DNA of 59,334 nt, the filler included, from Basidiobolus meristosporus CBS 931.73 (lineage: Eukaryota > Fungi > Basidiobolomycota), in assembly GCA_002104905.1 (NCBI GenBank). It is 3 parts of 3 records of this genome, joined end to end, with 100 filler letters (N's around TTAATTAATTAA, not from the genome) between each part and the next. Parts side by side here need not be neighbours in the genome. Positions count along the whole stretch, not along the records: positions 44,680 to 59,334 come from MCFE01001172.1; 2 more parts are not named here. The stretch is one strand, 5' to 3'. The position numbers and the translations under genes are program-made. The notes under the pieces were generated by a model. It saw nothing but the letters and a program-made list of their open reading frames with translations, made no database searches and was not told where the DNA came from. Shown here piece after piece: positions 50,352 to 59,334 of the stretch. Each line of letters starts with the position of its first letter. Position 1 is the stretch's first letter.

Positions 50352-53300
50352 TATTGCAAGTCTTGGTATAAGAGTTTTAAAAGAATAGAGAGTTAGCTAG
50401 TATTGTATTCACTAAAAACTGAACTGATTTTTATTGAGGTTCCAGCAGCTCCTTATATACATTTTGCCAGATCAATTGCTGACTAATTGTATTTTGTAAT
50501 GTAGGCTGTGGCTGATGACTCATTTGATTTCATCATCATCAACCAAAAAGATCCTACTTGATAAATCTATTTCTATCTGATAAGGATCTGCTGATTCATT
50601 TTCTGACTTATGCTACTGTTTTGATAGATAGCACTGATATACCAATAGGCTAAACGTATACCTAGTTGATTTGACTAAACACTGATCCAACTTAAAGAAT
50701 CAAGCAGTAGATCATAAAATTCTCCCCTACTAATGGTGAGAGGGTTATCCTGAATATCTCTTCTGATGATACCAATATCTTGATTGTTGAGTATTGCTGG
50801 CAAGTCTTGCAAGCTTGAGTCTGTCTCTATGAACTAAATTGTCCCAGATATTCCCTAGTTTGTGCACTACTTGGTGAGTTGCAAAGGACATTCTCTGATG
50901 ATCTTAAAAGGTCCTGTTCATTGTGGCTCAAATTTCTTCTAAGTATTGTTTCTCAGCAATACCTAGTTCCTAACTATCAATGATTCTGGTGATATAGTCT
51001 TATCAAATCTCTGCTTCATCTTTCATGCAAGCTGAGATACTCTGGCCTGTGCCTCTTGACATCTTTGTTCCAGCTGCTGGTCTCTACTTGGCTGACTGAA
51101 TTCATCTTCTAAGGTGACTGTAAGCTTTGGTTGTGTGAGATATCCTGAAATCCTTGGTTCACATCAATACACTAAGTAAATTGGCAATTGTTGGGTGATT
51201 TTGTGTACTCTAACTCTGCATTCAAAAGGTGTTTGGTCTATATACTCATCCCATACACTGACAGCTCCATTGGCATACTTGGTCAGCATTTTTCCAAATA
51301 ATCCAATAAACTGCTCAATGACTCCATTAGTTCTGGGGTGATATGCCAAGGTTTTCATGGGTCAGATGTGCTGCATTTTCAGGTCAGCTTCCAATGTTTT
51401 TGCCATAAAGCTTGCTCCTCTATCAGATAGAAACTCTACAGGGCACCCAAGGTTCAAAAGGATCTCATGGTAGATGAAACTTGCAACTTCTTGTTCAATG
51501 GCTACAGGTACTGCTTTAGCCACTTGCCAATTAGTGGCATGGACAATTGCTACTAGGATCCAAAGGTTGCATTTACTGGTAGTTGGCAGTCTTCTAATCA
51601 AGTCAATTCCCCATCTTTCAAATGGTCTCACAGACTCCAAGGGAAAGAGTTTGGCAATTCTCTGTGGTTGGTGTTGGTTGATTTGGCAATTTGGGCATGT
51701 CTTTACTAGCTTCTCAATGTCTTGTTTCATTCTGGGTCATCATGCTCTGGCTCTTACAAGGCTATAGGTTCCTTCAATTCTAAGATGTCCATATGCATTA
51801 TGTAGCCTATGTATCAAATCCAGGCAAGCAACATAAGGGCAATAGGCAATAGGGCTTCCATCAACAATTTGGCAGAGTATTTCATCCTGTACCACAGATT
51901 TGCTGGCTTCATCCTGGATTATCTTCTTGATCTCTTCATCCACCTCATAAGGAATGGCTTGGTCCTTCAGGAAATTTGGAGATAGGCTAAGCTAATCTGA
52001 CTCAGGCACCAAGTTGAGTTGTGCAACTTGTTCTGATTTTGACCAGGCATCAGCAACTGTGGGGTTTTTCCCATGGCAGTAGACAATCCGCAAATCAAAT
52101 TGCTGAGTGTATTCACTCCATCTTGTCATTCCGCTAGAGAGCACCTTCTGAGTAGATATATACCTGAGATGGGTATCATTAGTCTTCATGGTGCATTTGA
52201 CTCCTTCAGTATAGTATTATCATGCCTTCAAACAGTGTATTATAGCAAGCATCTCCTTCTCATACACTAGACAGTTTGTTCTGCTGAGTTCAGTTTCTTG
52301 GATTCAAAGGCAACTGGGTAGTCCTTTTGCTTGTGTTCTTGGCTCAACACTCCACCAATTGCATAATCTGAAACATCTGTACGCAGAGTAAGCACTTTTC
52401 TGAAGTCAGGTATTTTTAAGCTTGGCAGCTTAGGAAGTTCATTGTTGAGCATCTGAAAGGCAGTCTCACATGCTATATCCCACTTGTAGGCATTGTCTTT
52501 CTTGCAGATATCAGTTAAAAGGGCTGCAATACTTGCAAAGGACTTGACAAATCTCCAATAATAGGAAACCATTCTAAGGAATGATCTGAGTTCTGATATC
52601 CTCTGGGGCTGCTTCAGATTCTTGATAACTTCAACCTTCTTAGGGTCTAAGGTCACTCCTGTGCTAGTGACTATGTGTCCTGGATATTAAACATGCTTCT
52701 TGAAGAATTCACACTTGAGTAGCTTGTCATATAGCTTGTTCTCTCTGTGCTTCTTCAAGACCTTTTCAATGCGTTGTGGTGGTGTATAAGTCCAAGGGAG
52801 AGATACGTCCAACACTTCTCAAGTGTTTTGTGTGTGGGGTGTTCACTGGGTGGAATAACCTCTGGCAAAAGCTTGCTAGGAATACTTGGGTTCTGTCTCT
52901 AATCTAATGTGAAGGGGAATAAAGCCACAAGCTTGTCAAGGGAAAACTATTGAGCTACAATCCCCAACTTAGTTGGCGTCTTAACAAAAGTATGTGCTGG
53001 GTTCAGCGTCCTTTGAGATGACAATGTACTAAAGCTTCCAAAGTCAAAACAACTGTAAACTCCACCAGCAGGGACTTGATAAGAATGCAGCTGTGGTCAA
53101 TAGTTACAAAGACAGAAAAGTATCTTTGCCTGTAAAAGAACAAACTTGGGAAAGAATCAAATATAATAAAAGATACCTACTCTGAGTATTCCTCACAAGT
53201 AGTGCCTCCAAGGTCAGTTGGCTGTCAGCGCGGTTTCCTGGGAGTGTCCTGTGGTCTGGGGTTGGAAGTTCAGGTAGCAGTGATCACACTAATCAACAAG

Positions 53301-54774
53301 TTGGTATATTGATAAAAGGGATGATGATTTATTGTTGAGGGATAGCCCCCCTTATATACTTTTTTTCACTGGCTAAGTGATTACTAATCATGGTGTTCCA
53401 GAAGGTTCTGGAGATCAATAGAAATCTTAATGACATCAGAATGACCTAAGAATATTCTAAGTAGGTGCTGGAAGGTTCTAAGAGGCACAGCACATCCAAC
53501 CAATCAGGAATCAGTATTCTGAAACCTGTGTAACATGGGGATACCATATTTGGTACAGAAATGGTAGGGATGGTGTCACGGGTTGATCATGTGTCACGGG
53601 TACTGGCGTGGGTACTTGCCTAATATAGAAGTACTTATAGCTAGTAATCTTACATAAAGTGAGGGGTAACTTATGCAATAAGGTAAGCAGGTGTGATAGT
53701 CAACCGGCTTATGGGATAGTACTGATTGGGTAAGACAAATGGGATAAAACTAAAATAAGTGTAGTAGAGATATAGGGAAGTAGATAATAAGGGAATGAGC
53801 ACATCTGTCAGTGGGTGTCACTGTCACCCCACTACAGCGTACCAAGTGATCCTCTTCTGTCTTGCTGTGTATCAATATGTCATCTAGGTTGATTATCACA
53901 AACTTTCCTAAGTACTCCTGGAAGACAGTCTGCATCAGGGTCATGAATGTTGCAAGGGCATTGGTGAGGCAAAAGCTCATGACTAAGTACTTGTAATATC
54001 CATATCTGATCCTGAATGCTGTCTTAGGGATGTCTTCTGGCTTCACCTTAATCTGGTTGTATCCTGAGATGAGGTCAATCTTGCTGAAAATAGTGGCTCC
54101 ATTGAGTTGGTCCAAGAGCTCATCAATCAAAGGTATGGGGTACTTATTCTTCAGAGTAACTGAGTTGAGGGCACTGTAGTCAGTGCACATCCTAAGTGTT
54201 CCATCCTTCTTCTTCACAAAAAGTACTGGTGCTCCCCAAGGTGACTTGCTGGGTCTGATATATTCTTGCTCCAGTAACTGATCTATTTGTCTCTTCATCT
54301 CTTCCAACTCCAATAGACTCATTCTGTAAGGTGTCTTACTCACTGGAGGGCTATCTCCTGTTTCAATGGCATGACCCATGTCTCTGACTGCTGGTAGGCT
54401 TGCAAGCTCATCTGGAAATATGTCTGAATACTCCTTCAAAAGAGTCTTGACCTTCTGGGGTACTGGAGTAGAGGAATCCTCCAGTAATACTGCCATGAGG
54501 AACATCTGGGTGCCTTTTCTTAGTGCTCTGCAGAACTGTGTCTTACTAAGTTCACTTGTTTCACACACACTGGAGTTGACCAAGTTAAAATCTAGTCTGG
54601 CAGGTAATAGCTCATAGGTCTTGTTGTCCTTCAGGATCTGAGTAGCTTGGGTTCTCCAGTTGATTGAGGGATTACAACAAAATAGCCAGGTTTTCCCAAG
54701 TACCAGGACAAACTTGCAGTTCCCAAATATATAGGCCTGTAGATCTTCTTCATTATCATTGATATTCATCCTTA
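50352..54774 (-). mobile_element. Ty3/Gypsy 3' half (protease C-terminus, RT, RNaseH, IN, PPT, 3'LTR 50352-50719), degenerate
   Basis: [79 protein letters not shown] next to the LTR. Many stops and frameshifts. Confidence 0.93.
52775..53836. mobile_element. 1062-bp probable solo LTR of a third family, inserted in the Gypsy RT
   Basis: TGTGGTGG...CCACTACA inverted termini and a 4-bp TSD GCGT (52771-52774 and 53837-53840). Removing it restores HLVRIEKVL. Confidence 0.85.
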
Positions 54775-56356
54775 TGTTATGATCTGCTGCTTAAATGTTT
54801 AAGTTAGATCAGCTTTTAGTCAAAGCAATTAGTTATATGCTTAGCTTATCAGTATATCAATATTATCTATCAAATCAGTAGCATTAGTCAGTAAATGAAT
54901 CAGCAGATTCTTATCAGACAGAAATAGATATATTAAGTAGGATCTTATCGGGTGATGATGAGCAATCAAATGAGTCATCAGCCACAGCCTACATTAGGAA
55001 ATACAATTAGTCAGCAATTGATCTGGCAAAATGTATATAAGGAGCTGCTGGAATCTCAATAAAGATCAGTTCATGTTTTAGTGAATACAATACTAGCTAT
55101 ACTCCCTATTCCTCTACAACTCCTATACCAAGACTTGTAACATTGGTAGCAGCAATAACCAGAAACATCCCTCCTGAAGAAAGAAAAAGCCTTGCTTAAG
55201 ATGTCCAAAAATCAAGAATGGAAGAATGCTATGCAATAAATCCTAGCCTAGCAGCAACAGTTACTCCAGATCCTTAGCCAGCAGCAACAAGGAATGACTA
55301 CCATGGCCCAAAGCCAGCAAAACCCTGTCAAGAGCAACTTTAGTGTGAAGGTTAATGGGTACCATGGTAGAGTCAATGAAATCCTGGGAACTTGGCTCTT
55401 CCAGATTGAAGCAGCTTTCAAGGCTAAGGGAATTGCTCCAGAATGCAAGTTACATTATGCAGCCTCTTACCTGGCAGATGCAGCTTTACAGTGGTACCAC
55501 AACAAGATCAGGTCAGCCACCATGATGGGATGCTCTATAATCTCTACCTGAGATGAGTTTGTGTCAGAGATTCAGGATGCCTTTGAGCCCCCACACCATC
55601 AGACACTACTAAGAAGAAAGTTGAAGACACTCAGACAGAAAGGAATGATCCAAGAGTACATCTATGAATATAGATGTCAACTTGAACAAATTGAAAGAAT
55701 GGACCCTCTGGATCAAGTTGAATACTTTATTGATGGGTTGAACGAAAGAACTTGTAAGGAAGTGAAATATTGAAGACCCCAGACTATTGAAGAAGCCATC
55801 AAGATTGCCATCAACTATGACTCAGCTATGTTTGGAGTTTGGAAGCCCACAATGACTAATTGGAAAGGCTACAATCACTACAAAGAAGACAATCAGAAGC
55901 AGTGCCAATGGAAATAGATGCTATGTAGAAAACTCCTACCTCAGAAGAATGTAAGAAGAAAGGACCTTGCTTCAATTGCCACCAGCAGGGGCATATTGCA
56001 AAGTACAGCCCTCAGAGAAGAAATGGACACCAGCCATCAAGAATCTTTAACCTTATTGAGGTCATGGAGCATAGTAACATGGAGGATGAACTTGAAGAAG
56101 ACATAGAACTCACCTTCTGTATGACAGAGGAATACCTATCCCAGATGATCTCAAACTCAGGAAAGCTATTATACTTGAATGGAGTGATCAATGGACTACC
56201 TGCCAAGATCATGAATGACTCAGGAGCATTGCATGAGTACATGTCAGAGCAATTTGCTTTGAAAGCTGGAATCAACTTGGAACCCACCAAATCAACTTCA
56301 GTCTCAACAACTGATGGGAACTCTCACATAGTTAACCGTATTACTCAGCCAGTAAG
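54775..56356 (+). mobile_element. Ty3/Gypsy 5' half (5'LTR 54775-55142, PBS TGGTAGCAG, gag with a degraded zinc knuckle, protease N-terminus), degenerate
   Basis: TG...CA LTR of 368 bp. PBS at 55144-55152 complementary to the tRNA-iMet 3' end. Gag (WLFQIE, YLADAALQWY, FIDGL) and protease (IMNDSGA). Confidence 0.9.
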
Positions 56357-59334
56357 TGTACAAGTCTTGGTATAAGAGTTGTAGAGGAATAGGGAGTATA
56401 GCTAGTATTGTATTCACTAAAACTTGAACTGATCTTTATTGAGATTCCAGCAGCTTCTTATATACATTTTGCCAGATCAATTGCTGACTAATTGTATTTT
56501 CTAATGTAGGCTGTGGCTGATGACTCATTTGATTCATCATTATCACCCTATAAGATCCTACCTAATATATCTATTTCTGTCTGATAAGGATCTGCTGATT
56601 AATTTGCTGACTAATGCCACTGATTTGATAGATCATACTGATATACTGATAAGCTAAGCATATAACTAATTGATTTGACTAAAAACTGATTTTACTTAAA
56701 CATTTAAGCAGCAGATCATAACATTCTCCCCTGCTAAAGTTGAGAGGGTTCTCCTGAATCTCTTTTCTTGTGATACCAATATCTTGATGGTTCAATATTA
56801 TCAGCAAGTCTTGCAAGCTTGAGTCTGTCCCTATGCACTAAGTCTTCCCCAATATTGCCTTGTTTGTCCAATAGTTGGTAAGTTGCAAATGGACATTCTC
56901 TGATGATCTTCAATGGTCCTGTCCATTGTGGCTCAAACTTCTTCCAAGTGTTGTTTCTTAGCAATACAAAGATCTTGACTGTCAATGCTTCTGGTGCTAT
57001 AGTCTTATCAATTCTCTGCTTCATCTTTTCTGCCCTTTGAGATACTTTGGTCTGTGCCTCTTGATGTCTTTGTTCCAGCTGCTGGTGTCTACTTGACTGA
57101 CTGAGTTCATCTTCTAAGGTGTCTGTAAGCTTTTGTTGTGTGAGATCTTCTGGAATCCTTGGTTCATATCCATACACCAAGTAAAATGGCAATTGCTGGG
57201 TGGAGTTGTGTACTCTGACTCTGCATGCAAAGAGTGCTTGGTCTATATACTCATCCCATCTACTGACAACTCCATTTGCATACTTGGTCAGCATTTTTCC
57301 AAATAATCCATTAAACTGCTCAGTGACTCCATTAGTTCTGGGGTGAAATGCCAAGGTTTTCAAGTGTTTGATATGCTGCATTTCCAGGAAAGCTTCCAAT
57401 GTCTTTGCCATAAAGTTTGCACCTCTATCAGATAGAATCTCTACAGCGCATCCAAACTTCATAAGGATCTCATGGTTGATGAAACTTGCAACTTCTTGTT
57501 CACTGGCTATAGGTACAGCTTTAGCCATTGGCCATTTAGTGGCATGGTCAATTGCTACTAGGATCCAATGATTGCATTTACTGGTAGTTGGCAGTCTTCC
57601 AATAAAGTCAATTCCCCATCTTTCAAATGGTCTTACAGGCTCCAAGAGTAAGAGTTCAGCAATTCTCTGTGGTTGGTGTTGGTTGATTTGGCAACTTGGG
57701 CATGTTTTCACTAGCTTCTCAATGTCATGTCTCATTCTGGGCCACCATGCTCTGGCTTTGACAAGGCTATAGGTTCCTTCAGTTCCAAGATGTCCATATC
57801 CATTGTGTAGCTTATGTATTAGATCCAGGCAAGAAACATTAGGGCAATAGGCAATAGGGCTTCCATCAACAATTTGGTAGAGCGTTTCATCATGTACTAC
57901 AGATTTGCTAGCTTCATCCTGGATTATCTTTTTGGTATCTTCATCCACCTCATTAGGAATGGCTTGGTCATCTAAGTACTTTGGTAAAAGGCTAGGCCAA
58001 TCTGATTCATGCACTAAGTTGAGTTGTGCAACTTGATCTAATCTTGATAAGGTGTCAGCAACTGTGTTGCTTTTACCAGGGCAGTAGACAATTTCCAAGT
58101 CATATTGCTGAATGTACTCACTCCATCTTGGCATTCTTCTAGAGAGTACCTTCTGAGTAAATATATACTTGAGGGAGGCATGATCAGTCTTCACAGTGCA
58201 TTTGACTCCCTCAATGTAGCATCTCCATGTCTTTAAACAGTGTATTATAGCAAGCATCTCCTTCTCATGCACTGGATAGTTTTGTTCTGCTGAGTTCAGC
58301 TTCTTGGATTCAAAGGGAACTGGGTAGTTCTTTCCCTTGTGTTTTTGGCTCAACAATCCACCAATTGCACAATCTGAAGCATCTGTGCACAGAGTAAACT
58401 CTTTCCTGAAGTCAGGTATACTTAAGCTTGGCAGCTTAGCAAGTTCATTCTTGAGCATCTGGAAGGCAGTCTCACAAGCTATGTCCCACTTGTACATATT
58501 GTCTTTCCTAAGGATATTAGTTAAAGGGGCTGCAATACTTGCAAAGGACTTGACAGATCACCAATAATAGGAAACTGTTCCAAGGAATGATCTGAGCTCT
58601 GATATCCTCTGGGGCTGCTTCAGATTCTTGATAACTTCAACCTTCTTAGGGTCTAAGGTCACTCCTGTGCTAGTGACTATGTGTCCTGGATATTCAATGT
58701 GTTCCTTGAAGAATTCACACTTGGGTAGCTTGCCATAGATCTTGTTCTCTCTTAGCTTCCTCAAGACCTTTTCAATGTGCACCAAGTGATCCTCTTCTGT
58801 TTTGCTGTATATCAATATATCATCTAGGTAGATTATGACAAGGTTGTCTAAGTACTCCTGGAAGACAATCTGCATCAGGGTCATGAATGTTGCAGGGGCA
58901 TTGGTGAGGCAAAAGCTCATGACTAAGTACTTGTAATGTCCATATCTGGCCCTGAATGCTGTCCTAGGGTTGTCTTCTGGCTTCACCCTAATCTGGTTGT
59001 ATCCTGACATGAGGTCAATCTTGCTGAAAATAGTGGCTCCATTGAGTTGGTCCAACAGCTCATCAATCAAAGGTATGGGGTACTTATTCTTCAGAGTAAC
59101 TGAGTTGAGGGCACTGTAGTCAGTGCACATCTTAAGTGTTCCATCCTTCTTCTTCACAAAAAGTACTGGTGCTCCACAAGGTGACTTGCTGGGTCTGATA
59201 TATTCTTGCTCCAGTAACTGATCTATTTGTCTCTTCATCTCTTCCAACTCCAATAGACTCATTCTGTAAGGTGTCTTACTCACTGGAGGGCTATCTCCTG
59301 TTTCAATGGCATGACCCATGTCTCTGACTGCTGG
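56357..59334 (-). mobile_element. Ty3/Gypsy element of the same family (3'LTR 56357-56723, PPT, IN-RNaseH-RT), nearly intact pol, runs off the window
   Basis: ORFs 58558..59319 and 56734..58497 are in one frame separated by one [26 protein letters not shown] zinc motif, DDE core, GP module. No chromodomain seen. Confidence 0.95.

Noticed and set aside
58555-58560. Programmed readthrough at the single TGA in Gypsy pol (and the TAA at 45282)
   Set aside because: The sister copy has Arg at this position. A point mutation is the simpler explanation.

Overview
Eukaryotic, fungal DNA. Genes have short GT-AG introns (about 55-70 nt) with CTAAC-type branch points. A GPI-type chitin deacetylase, a SIT-type MFS transporter and a STRA6 homologue together suggest an early-diverging fungus such as Basidiobolus; this is an inference. 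Recognisable genes: SEC63 (5'-partial), a rhodanese-PTP tyrosine phosphatase, a small two-exon orphan, a 10-exon STRA6/RBP-receptor-like membrane protein (about 830 aa) with an extra secreted N-terminal domain, a siderophore-type MFS transporter preceded by three ATCTGATAA boxes, a LigE/GSTFuA-like GST, a CE4 deacetylase with a poly-Asp tail, a PH-domain protein and IDI1. Between them lie several pseudogenes. There are three CpG-depleted transposon blocks (about 13-17 kb, 23.5-25 kb and 46-59 kb). They contain Copia elements and solo LTRs, a PIF/Harbinger/ISL2EU-type DNA transposon with a CpG-free transposase ORF, and a rearranged Ty3/Gypsy nest. The best candidate for an undescribed system is the fungal STRA6-like receptor. 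Exon models, alignments and counts were made by eye and no database searches were run.
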